From assembly GCA_026416665.1 (NCBI GenBank), contig JAOAET010000014.1, forward strand, positions 557 to 64,556: a DNA stretch of 64,000 bases, in the 5' to 3' direction. The position numbers and the translations under genes are program-made. Within the stretch, counting starts at the first letter, position 1. Each line of letters starts with the position of its first letter. This stretch comes from Candidatus Omnitrophota bacterium (GTDB taxonomy: Bacteria > Omnitrophota > Gorgyraeia > Gygaellales > Profunditerraquicolaceae). The notes under the pieces are model-generated. The model was given only the letters and a program-made list of their open reading frames with translations, searched no databases and had not been told where the DNA came from. Below, one piece after another: positions 17,982-26,169 of the stretch.

Positions 17982-19756
17982 ATTGCCTTAAATGTCTTTG
18001 CCTCTACCGCTGAATACATATCCTTTTCTCCTGGCAAAATATCCACTTTTTTAAAGTAAGGAGATTCCTCAAGTGCAAGTTGAAACTGAGAAAGCTCCAA
18101 ATCTACCATACTGTACTTTGCAAATATTTTACCATAGAGATGCAATTCTTTTTTACCTTGTTCTGTGACAAAAATTATTTTATCAAGCGTCACATGAGCT
18201 GGAACAATATTGCTTAATTCTTTAAGGAGCCCTAACCAATAAGGCTGCCTTGGCTTAAGACTATCTAAGAACCGCTGTCTTTCTTCAATTTTTGTTTTCA
18301 AAGATAGGTATTCCTTAACCAAAGCTGTGGTTTGTTGTAATTGACTTAATTCTTGTTCCAAATGCTGATTAAAACGTGCATACTTCTTGGCTGTAGCAAA
18401 CAAAAGAAGATAGAAAGAAAAAGTAACAATAAGTAGCAGAGGCATAGCCAAACGAAGCGCCATAGATAACACCAAGGCCTTCTGTTCCACTCTTTCTTTA
18501 ACCGGTAACAGATTGACTCTGCCACCGGTGCCTAAACATACAGAAAATGCTGCTGCCAGATGTGGCATTGCTTGTTCCATCATCAATTCTTGTTTTAAAA
18601 GACCTGCCTCGGTCCAACCTTTAAGTCTACCCAGTATATTTAGAGGTTCTACTTTTTGAATTCCCTCTAAATTAAATAGAAGAAACTTATCTAAATTTTT
18701 CAAACGAGACCCGCCCCCCGTAAGATACAATTCATCGCTTAACTCTGCTCTAAAAGTCTTAGTATAGTAGGAGAATGTCCGATTAAGCTCCATTACAAAA
18801 CGCTCTAATGTTGGACGCAACAATGCACTCAGTTGTTCACCGCGCAGCCGACCTAAGTCAGTCAGATATTCTACCTTTGCTTCATCTTGTAGAGGTAAAC
18901 CACAGTTCCTCTTTATTTTTTCTGCATCCTCAAGGCTAATTGTTAATGTGCCTTCAGGTAAGTTAAGAGTTTTAGATAAAGCGTGAGTGAAGTGGTCTCC
19001 TCCAATAGGAATTTCACGACAAAAGACAAGATTTCTCCCTTTATAAAAATTTAGTAAAGAGGTACCGGCTCCTATCTCAAGAAGTAGCTGTGTCTTTTTT
19101 GAAGGGCTATCAAAACAAAAAGGAATAAGGTTGCCTAAGGCATCTGGCAAAACGCAAATAGCAACAGGCCGAATACCCGCATCCTTTAGTAATTGGATTC
19201 CTTCTTCAACAAGTGCCTTTAATGCAGCCACACAGGTAACTTGCAAGGTAATTCCTTTTTCGTCTTCAGTCTGCCCAGTAATAAAAAAATCAAAAGTTAC
19301 TGCAGAAAGCTCTGTTTGAAAAGGTAGGCGTTTTTTTAATTCAATACCTACTGCCCCCCGTAAATCTTTTTTACTGACATTAGGCACAGTAAGAGAAAAA
19401 ACAAAAACTCCTTTTCCATAAATCACCAGCCTGCCTAAACAGGAGTTGGTGTGGATTTCACTGACGAATTCCTTTACAAATTGTTGTACTAATTTCTTTT
19501 TTTCTTGAGGATTCTCTCTTACTGCCTGAGGAAGAGCGCGAGTAATACATTTATTAATCTGATAACGATGCCTTTTCTTTTGCAGTTGTACAAGTTTAAT
19601 ATACCCTGAACCAATATCAATTCCAATAATATCTTCTGATGAGATAATAAAATTTCCCAAGGCATTAACAAAGGCGTTAAATCTCTCATTAATAATCTCA
19701 AAGCCGGCCCAGCTTTTAGAGTTTTTCTGTTGGTTTTGGCTAGTACTTCCTTCCAT
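17963..19756 (-). CDS. pilM: PilM-PilN fusion protein
   Basis: Actin-like GIDIGSGYIKLV, EIPIGGDHFT and LYLTGGGSRL, followed by the PilN motif VNLLP, a TM and a PilN periplasmic domain. Confidence 0.85.
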   Translation of the reverse strand: MEGSTSQNQQKNSKSWAGFEIINERFNAFVNALGNFIISSEDIIGIDIGSGYIKLVQLQKKRHRYQINKCITRALPQAVRENPQEKKKLVQQFVKEFVSEIHTNSCLGRLVIYGKGVFVFSLTVPNVSKKDLRGAVGIELKKRLPFQTELSAVTFDFFITGQTEDEKGITLQVTCVAALKALVEEGIQLLKDAGIRPVAICVLPDALGNLIPFCFDSPSKKTQLLLEIGAGTSLLNFYKGRNLVFCREIPIGGDHFTHALSKTLNLPEGTLTISLEDAEKIKRNCGLPLQDEAKVEYLTDLGRLRGEQLSALLRPTLERFVMELNRTFSYYTKTFRAELSDELYLTGGGSRLKNLDKFLLFNLEGIQKVEPLNILGRLKGWTEAGLLKQELMMEQAMPHLAAAFSVCLGTGGRVNLLPVKERVEQKALVLSMALRLAMPLLLIVTFSFYLLLFATAKKYARFNQHLEQELSQLQQTTALVKEYLSLKTKIEERQRFLDSLKPRQPYWLGLLKELSNIVPAHVTLDKIIFVTEQGKKELHLYGKIFAKYSMVDLELSQFQLALEESPYFKKVDILPGEKDMYSAVEAKTFKAICQLIY

Positions 19757-19757
19757 T

Positions 19758-20030
19758 TTATCTATGGCTTGCCCTTACTTTCACAATGGCTAACTCCTCT
19801 AAAATCTTTTTTTGATTTTCTAAAACTTGGTTTATCTTGCTAGTTAGCTCTTTGTTACTTTTTTGAATATTATCACTAATAAGCTCTAATTTTTTCATTA
19901 AAGCAAGGTATTCTGGATTCTGGGAAATAAGTGTTTCCTGACCGGTCTTTTCAGCATAAAGAAAAATACACCAACTAAACACACCAATTAATCCACCAAC
20001 AAGAATATAGATAAAAAAATTTCTTCCCAT
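19758..20030 (-). CDS. Small single-pass membrane coiled-coil protein
   Basis: ATG 20030 has a GGAGG RBS; TM followed by a short coiled coil. Confidence 0.7.
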   Translation of the reverse strand: MGRNFFIYILVGGLIGVFSWCIFLYAEKTGQETLISQNPEYLALMKKLELISDNIQKSNKELTSKINQVLENQKKILEELAIVKVRASHR

Positions 20031-20052
20031 AATCGCCTCCGGATAATCATTT

Positions 20053-21135
20053 TTACTGCTCTTGCCAAAAGAGTACCTGGTTACCCTCATCTCCTGGATT
20101 AGCCCCTGGTAAAACTACAGAGTTGACTGCTGGGTCAAAACGTATTTGAGCATTACCCCCTAATGTCACACTTCCCCCAATAAATTCACCTGTATATTGA
20201 CCATTCCCCGTAATCCTAAGTGTTGCTTGTGGGGCGTAAATTACACCAAAGAATTGACCATTTCCTGCAAGAGTAATTGTGCCACGGTTATTAGCTGTTC
20301 CCCAAAAAACAAGATTTGCTACGTTATTAGGATTACCAATTACTCCGTTTCCACCAATAGTAAGATTTCCGTCAAAATAAAAATGTACTGGCTGGTTATT
20401 CCTAATATTTAAGTTTGCAATGCCCTCTGTAGTAAAAGAATTTGCTCCGGTTAGATAAATATTTGTAGGACCAAAAATATTCAGATTGCTGTTTCCTGCG
20501 ATACTAATAGATGTATATTTGTAATTACCCGCTGCTATAGTTACTGCCTGATTTCCTGTAACAGTTAATGTGCCTAAGTTTGGCAAGTTAAGAGGCGGAT
20601 CTGGCACTACCACTGCAGGTAAAGTATCCGGTGGGGCATTCTGTGTAATATTTCCAACTACAACTACATTATTTCCTATTGTCACTGAACCAGTAGAATA
20701 AATAACTGTTCCAGCACCAAAGGTAAATCCTGGTTGTCCTGAACGAACAGTTACAAATACCTGACGCAAGGCATGGTAGTTATTTCCCGAAGGCACATAT
20801 CCCCAAGAGGTAATATTAACTAGATTACCAGAGGTTTGTCGCCTTACCCTATATTCTCCTGCACCAAATGAACGATTTAACCACTTTGTATCGTTATCAA
20901 AAACTGTATCTCTCACTGCCAAGTGCATTATTGCTTCTTGAATACCTGCTTCGGCAATAAACAACGCCTGCTCTGACTCAATAGCTAATCTATTCATCTC
21001 AAAATTAGCCGAAAAAAGATTAGTCAATGTCCAACCTAAAATTGCAAGTATTAACATAGTAAAAATCACTACGATTAGACTTACTCCTCTTTGGTCAAGA
21101 TACCAATGTCTAAATTTTTTTAAAAGCTCTTTCAT
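20053..21135 (-). CDS. pilX: PilX-like minor pilin with a Gly/Asn-rich beta-helical C-terminal domain
   Basis: QRG|VSLIVVI with no Glu5, and QALFIAEAGIQEA; C-terminal repeats such as GVIYAPQATLRITGNG. Confidence 0.78.
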   Translation of the reverse strand: MKELLKKFRHWYLDQRGVSLIVVIFTMLILAILGWTLTNLFSANFEMNRLAIESEQALFIAEAGIQEAIMHLAVRDTVFDNDTKWLNRSFGAGEYRVRRQTSGNLVNITSWGYVPSGNNYHALRQVFVTVRSGQPGFTFGAGTVIYSTGSVTIGNNVVVVGNITQNAPPDTLPAVVVPDPPLNLPNLGTLTVTGNQAVTIAAGNYKYTSISIAGNSNLNIFGPTNIYLTGANSFTTEGIANLNIRNNQPVHFYFDGNLTIGGNGVIGNPNNVANLVFWGTANNRGTITLAGNGQFFGVIYAPQATLRITGNGQYTGEFIGGSVTLGGNAQIRFDPAVNSVVLPGANPGDEGNQVLFWQEQ

Positions 21136-21626
21136 AAATTTCTTCCAAATACTTGGGTACGTAAGTTATAATCCTGATTACCATAACTTAGGTTTATCAT
21201 AATTTCAATACGCCTAATCTGGGTGCGGTTAGTAGCATCAACTGGGGCTGTTAATAACACATTGGTCTGGTTATAATATCGGAAAATAACTAACGCAGGT
21301 ACACTAAGTAAGCTTTGATTATTACGGAAAAGCTGAAAGTTCTGATTAGTGTAATTAATCGTCTCTATATAACTGGTATTAAACACCAACCTTTGGTTTT
21401 CTGCAATAAAGATGTTGCTTCTATTTTGTATCTGTCGAATTTCCCTTATCATTCTTAAAAGCGCAAATCGTGCTTGTACACCAATTTCATTACGAAAAGA
21501 TAAGAAATTCCACAGGTCAATAACTTCTCGTATATAGCCTGTAGCGACTGCCACAATAATGCCTACAGTAGCCATAATAATAACTAATTCAATAAGACTA
21601 AAAGCACGATAGTTAATCCGAATCAT
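21132..21626 (-). CDS. Minor pilin (PilW/PulJ-like)
   Basis: RA|FSLIELVI prepilin motif; ALLRMIREIR. Confidence 0.8.
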   Translation of the reverse strand: MIRINYRAFSLIELVIIMATVGIIVAVATGYIREVIDLWNFLSFRNEIGVQARFALLRMIREIRQIQNRSNIFIAENQRLVFNTSYIETINYTNQNFQLFRNNQSLLSVPALVIFRYYNQTNVLLTAPVDATNRTQIRRIEIMINLSYGNQDYNLRTQVFGRNL

Positions 21627-22168
21627 TGTCTATATCCAGCAACAATAGTGGTTAAAGTAACATTATCAGCAAAAGGTATGTTCCTGCGCGCAGAAACTGT
21701 GATACGTTTGTAGCAACAACTAGAACATAGAGTGCAATTTGTTATTGTACTTACACAGTTTAACTGTCCGCAACCTGTCCAGTTACCCGTAGAGCTTAAA
21801 TTTACATATTCCACATTAACAGTTCGGCTATAACCATTGGCTGGAGTAAGTATACGAATATCGGTTGTTCCTACAAAATCGTCTATATCGTCGTAGGTTG
21901 AGGCGTTTTCTATTGATTCTGTTGTTTCTCTACCCAATATTGAACTGAAAGGGGGGGTGGCATTCTCATCAAAACGTGTTGCCTTTATTTGCTCCAATAA
22001 CTCTGTCGCATAAAAAAGTGCATCTACCGTTGCCTCAGAACGGACTGATTGCCAAGCTACTGTTGCCCATAAAACTAAAAGGGTAGGTACAGCCAAACCC
22101 GCTACTACTAAAACCACAATTAATTCAACCAAGGTAATTCCATTGTTACAATATTTTTTCTTTTTCAT
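21623..22168 (-). CDS. Minor pilin (PilV/MshD-like)
   Basis: NNG|ITLVELIVVL, YDDIDDF, and a Cys-rich loop near the C-terminus. Confidence 0.8.
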   Translation of the reverse strand: MKKKKYCNNGITLVELIVVLVVAGLAVPTLLVLWATVAWQSVRSEATVDALFYATELLEQIKATRFDENATPPFSSILGRETTESIENASTYDDIDDFVGTTDIRILTPANGYSRTVNVEYVNLSSTGNWTGCGQLNCVSTITNCTLCSSCCYKRITVSARRNIPFADNVTLTTIVAGYRQ

Positions 22169-22800
22169 TCTAACTCAACTGTTCCTGTTCCAGATAAAAC
22201 TTTAACTCTTCTCTGATTATCTCTTAAAGCAAGACGCACTATTCCACCGTTAGAAGGACTTCCTTGCCAGTTAAATTGCAACTCTGAAAGCCCTCCGAAA
22301 TTTGCCTCTACAATGTCAATTCCTGCGTATTGAGGGTCGGTCTTATAATTCATTATTAACGGTGCTCGTGTAAAAGGGTCAGAGACCTCTTTCCATATTC
22401 CCGTGGTTTTATTAAGTTGCTCAGCAACATAATAATCCTGGCTAATATTAAAAATAATCCGTGTATTGGTATGCTGCGCTACCGCTAATTGTTGAATATA
22501 GCGAATATCTGCAATTAATTTGTTAGCCCCACCTGCCAGTCGTATCGTATTAAAACTGTCTATTCTGGGAATGGCTAAAGCTGAAAGAATACCAATTATT
22601 ACCATAACCATTATTAACTCAATAATAGTAAAACCTTCTTTTAATACACTCTGCTTTTCTTCTTTATTTTCATCTTTGCTATTCAAATAAACGTGACTTT
22701 GATGGGTAAAATAAGAAATTACCCATTTTTTATAATAAAGTAAGACCCCTTTAGAAATGTCTAATTTTCTGGTAACTTCTACCAAAAGAAAAAGGCCCAT
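22165..22800 (-). CDS. FimT/GspH-like prepilin with an unusually long (56 aa) MerR-HTH-like leader
   Basis: KEG|FTIIELIMVMVIIGILSALAIP and LIADIRYIQQLAV. The leader aligns to the HTH at 9429-9620. Confidence 0.8.
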   Translation of the reverse strand: MGLFLLVEVTRKLDISKGVLLYYKKWVISYFTHQSHVYLNSKDENKEEKQSVLKEGFTIIELIMVMVIIGILSALAIPRIDSFNTIRLAGGANKLIADIRYIQQLAVAQHTNTRIIFNISQDYYVAEQLNKTTGIWKEVSDPFTRAPLIMNYKTDPQYAGIDIVEANFGGLSELQFNWQGSPSNGGIVRLALRDNQRRVKVLSGTGTVELE

Positions 22801-22810
22801 AAAAATCTTC

Positions 22811-22865
22811 TGATATAACTTAATAATATTTGTATATATTTTAACATTTTTGTATAAGAAAACAA
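22811..22865 (-). promoter_or_regulatory. Putative promoter of operon A with degenerate 10-bp repeats
   Basis: TTGTTT(22865-22860)-16 bp-TAAAAT(22843-22838) with an extended TG; repeats TGATATAACT-TAATAATATT-TGTATATATT at 22811-22840. Confidence 0.5.
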
Positions 22866-22925
22866 GAAATTTCTTTTCATAAATTATTTTTTTTGTTATA
22901 CTTTTTAATAAAAGAGGGTATTTTT

Positions 22926-24035
22926 ATGGCTTCAAAATTAAGAAATATAATTGAGGATATTGCAAGAGACTATTTAAATAGTGCCCTTACTTTACGCTAT
23001 GACATCTGCACCTGTCCTGCCTGCAAAAACGATATGTTGGCATATATACTTTCTCGTGTCCCTGCTAAATATGTAACTACTGAAGAAGGAGCTTTACATA
23101 CAGTTATTCAACAAAGTCGTGTTGAGCATCAGGCAGTAATTGGACGGGTAATCATTGAGGCAATTGAGGTCATTAGTAAGAACCCACGCCATAAACTCAA
23201 GGAAGACAAAAATAAAGTTTTTTCGTTACTACTTGAAACTATTAAAGAAAACAGAGGCTTAGACTTTACACATTATCACCAGGAGCTTCTAAAACGCCGT
23301 ATTGCTATTAGGCTACGTGCAAATAGGATGGAAACCTATTCTGAATATCTAAGATATTTAATAAACAATCCTGAAGAATATGACAAACTCTTTGCCACAC
23401 TTTGTATTAATGTCTCAGAGTTTTTCCGTGACCCTGAAGTGTGGAAGAAAATAAGACAGATTTTAAAAAATATAGTGGAAGATAAAATAAAAAGTAGCAA
23501 TCCTTACATTTGCATCTGGTCAGCAGGCTGTGCTGATGGTGAAGAACCGTATTCCATTGCTATTCTACTTAAAGAAATTTTAAAAGACAAAACTTATAAC
23601 CTTCATATAGATATCTCTGGAACAGATGTAGATAAAAAAAGTTTAGCTTTTGCCCAAGAGGCAATCTACGAAAAAAACCTGATAAAAAATGTAGATAAAG
23701 AACTATTAGATAAATATTTTGAGCCACAAGATAACTGTTGGAGAGTAAAAAAAGAAATACGTTCAATGGTTAATTTCTATTATCTTGACTTAACTGGCCA
23801 AGAATATAAAAAAAATGTAGATGTTATATTTTGCAGAAATGTTTTTATCTATTTTGACCGTGGATTACAAGAACAAATTCTGATGAAATTTTATAATGCC
23901 CTTAGAAATGATGGATATTTAGTAATGGGTAAGTCTGAAACCCTTATCTCTGAAGCAAAACATATTTTTAGTGAGGTAGATTTAGATTGTCGAATATTTC
24001 GTAAAAAAGAAGTAAATTCAATTACTTCTCCTTAA
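22926..24035 (+). CDS. cheR: ComFB-domain / CheR-type methyltransferase fusion, copy 1
   Basis: ComFB motifs: CTCPACKNDMLAYILSRVPAKYVTT...NPRH. CheR motifs: INVSEFFRD, IWSAGCADGEEPYSIA, DVIFCRNVFIYF. ATG 22926 follows GAGGG. Confidence 0.87.
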   Translation: MASKLRNIIEDIARDYLNSALTLRYDICTCPACKNDMLAYILSRVPAKYVTTEEGALHTVIQQSRVEHQAVIGRVIIEAIEVISKNPRHKLKEDKNKVFSLLLETIKENRGLDFTHYHQELLKRRIAIRLRANRMETYSEYLRYLINNPEEYDKLFATLCINVSEFFRDPEVWKKIRQILKNIVEDKIKSSNPYICIWSAGCADGEEPYSIAILLKEILKDKTYNLHIDISGTDVDKKSLAFAQEAIYEKNLIKNVDKELLDKYFEPQDNCWRVKKEIRSMVNFYYLDLTGQEYKKNVDVIFCRNVFIYFDRGLQEQILMKFYNALRNDGYLVMGKSETLISEAKHIFSEVDLDCRIFRKKEVNSITSP

Positions 24036-24049
24036 GCAACAAACAAGAA

Positions 24050-25126
24050 ATGGACAACCAAAGTTTGCTATTAGTAAAAGAAGTAGCAAAAGAAGCCCTC
24101 AACCAATCCTTACAGACGCGTTTCGACATCTGCAGATGTGCTCTCTGTAAAGAAGCAATGCTTAAGCGTATAATGGAAGATTTAGCAAACTTAGCTTATC
24201 CTCTTTCTGAAAAAACAATTCAAGAAGTGCGAAAACTTTATATGGGCGATATTAACCGCGCTATTGTTCACGCTATTGGACAAGTAAGCTTTAAACCTCC
24301 GCATTCCGTTACAGAGAATCTACATCTTTCTTTTAAAAAACTTTTAGAGAAAATTCGCCAAGACCGCGGACTTGACCTACGCCACTATCATGCAGAGTTA
24401 CTAAAACGTAGGATTGCACTTAGACTCCATAAGAATAATCTGTCTTCTTACAAGGAATATATCAAGCTACTTGATAGAAAACCAGAAGAATATAATAAAT
24501 TATTTGAAACCCTCTGCATTAATGTTTCGGAATTTTTTCGCGACCCACCTGTCTGGGTCACCATCCAGTATCTATTTGAAAACCTTCTAAGACTAAAACA
24601 AAATAGTAAGGATAAGAATCTAAAAATATGGTCTTGTGGTTGTGCTTGTGGTGAAGAACCTTACTCATTAGCTATTGTCCTTAAAGAAGCTTTACGTAGT
24701 TATCCGACTAATATTAAAGGACACATTTTAGCTACTGATATAGATAAAGCTTGTTTAGAATGCGCACAAAAAGCTGCTTATCCTAAGGAACAACTCAAAA
24801 ATGTTGAAAATAAAATACTTGCACGATACTTTGAACCAAAAGGAAATCAATACGTTGTAAAAGAAGATACCCGACAGTTGGTAGAATTCCAATATCTAGA
24901 CCTAACTTGTCAGAGTTATCCTGAGCAAATAGATGTAATTGTATGCCGTAATGTATTTATTTACTTTGACCGTGTTCTACAAAATGAAATAATTAATAAG
25001 TTCTATAACTCTGTTAAAACAGGGGGTTATCTTATCTTAGGTAAAACAGAATTCCCTGAGATGAATAAAAGATTTGAAATAGTTGACCCCAATGCGCGGA
25101 TTTTTAGAAAGGTTAATCTTTCTTGA
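24050..25126 (+). CDS. cheR: ComFB-like / CheR-type methyltransferase fusion, copy 2
   Basis: FDICRCALC...KPPH, INVSEFFRD, IWSCGCACGEEPYSLA and VCRNVFIYF. Confidence 0.85.
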   Translation: MDNQSLLLVKEVAKEALNQSLQTRFDICRCALCKEAMLKRIMEDLANLAYPLSEKTIQEVRKLYMGDINRAIVHAIGQVSFKPPHSVTENLHLSFKKLLEKIRQDRGLDLRHYHAELLKRRIALRLHKNNLSSYKEYIKLLDRKPEEYNKLFETLCINVSEFFRDPPVWVTIQYLFENLLRLKQNSKDKNLKIWSCGCACGEEPYSLAIVLKEALRSYPTNIKGHILATDIDKACLECAQKAAYPKEQLKNVENKILARYFEPKGNQYVVKEDTRQLVEFQYLDLTCQSYPEQIDVIVCRNVFIYFDRVLQNEIINKFYNSVKTGGYLILGKTEFPEMNKRFEIVDPNARIFRKVNLS

Positions 25127-26045
25127 TACCTTCTCTGTACGCTTTAGCCACTTCTTGCAAAGATTCATAAACTGAACCTATAGGTTTAACACCTAGTTGT
25201 TGTAATCTACTGGTATCATATACCCTATCCTTAAGAAACAGATTAACCCGCTTGCCAATAAAAGGTAATTTCGCCAACATCTTTGTTGCTGAAGTAGAAA
25301 GCAGAATAGGACAAGGGGCCTTTATACCTTCGGCTAATGCCTTAAAGATTTCTTTTGCAGTTAAGACCTCAAAATCTGCAACAAAAAAAGGCCGGTTTAC
25401 TATTTCTTTATTTTCTAATGTCTTTATTACTGTTTGACAGACGAGCTTAATGTCAACAAGATGCCATTTGTTTTTTCCTTTATTTGGCACAGGTAAGAGT
25501 CTAAATCTTAACAGAAATAATAATAGTTCTAAAAGATGCGGCTCTCCTACTCCATAAACCATCGCTGGTCTTAGAATGACTGTTGACAAACCATTTTGGG
25601 CATAAGACAGGACTATTTTTTCTGCCTCTATTTTAGAATAACCATAATTATTAGTTGCCCAGTAAGGTAATTCTTCTGTCAAAGGAATTTTATTATGTCC
25701 GCTTACTACAGCTACAGAGCTAATATGTAAAAATCGCTTAACATTAGCCTTTACAGCCCACCAACAAATGTTCTCTGTTCCTAAAACATTAGAGAGGTAT
25801 AATTTTTTTTTATCTTCTCCGACATAACCAGCGCTATGAACAATAACCTCGAAAAAATCGGGTAGAGCAAGAAGTGATTTTTTATCTGAAATATCTGCTT
25901 TTATTAGTTGGATTCCCAAGTGAGATAACCGCTGTGCCTTAAGTGGATTACGCACTAAACCATATACCTTATGCCCTTGACTTAATAAAGATTTTGCGAT
26001 TGCTTTTCCAATAAATCCTGTAGCACCTGTAACAAGTATCTTCAC
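25113..26045 (-). CDS. NAD-dependent epimerase/dehydratase (extended SDR)
   Basis: TGATGFIG, YGYSK and LRPAMVYG. Confidence 0.88.
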   Translation of the reverse strand: MKILVTGATGFIGKAIAKSLLSQGHKVYGLVRNPLKAQRLSHLGIQLIKADISDKKSLLALPDFFEVIVHSAGYVGEDKKKLYLSNVLGTENICWWAVKANVKRFLHISSVAVVSGHNKIPLTEELPYWATNNYGYSKIEAEKIVLSYAQNGLSTVILRPAMVYGVGEPHLLELLLFLLRFRLLPVPNKGKNKWHLVDIKLVCQTVIKTLENKEIVNRPFFVADFEVLTAKEIFKALAEGIKAPCPILLSTSATKMLAKLPFIGKRVNLFLKDRVYDTSRLQQLGVKPIGSVYESLQEVAKAYREGIKKD

Positions 26046-26169
26046 TGTCTACTCTCCTAAAGATATAATTTTTTACATTCTTATATAATGTTATTTTATC
26101 TATTTTTCTGCACAGTAACCAGAGAATTTTTAATAAATAAAAAGTTGTCTTATACAAAAATTTAAAAAC

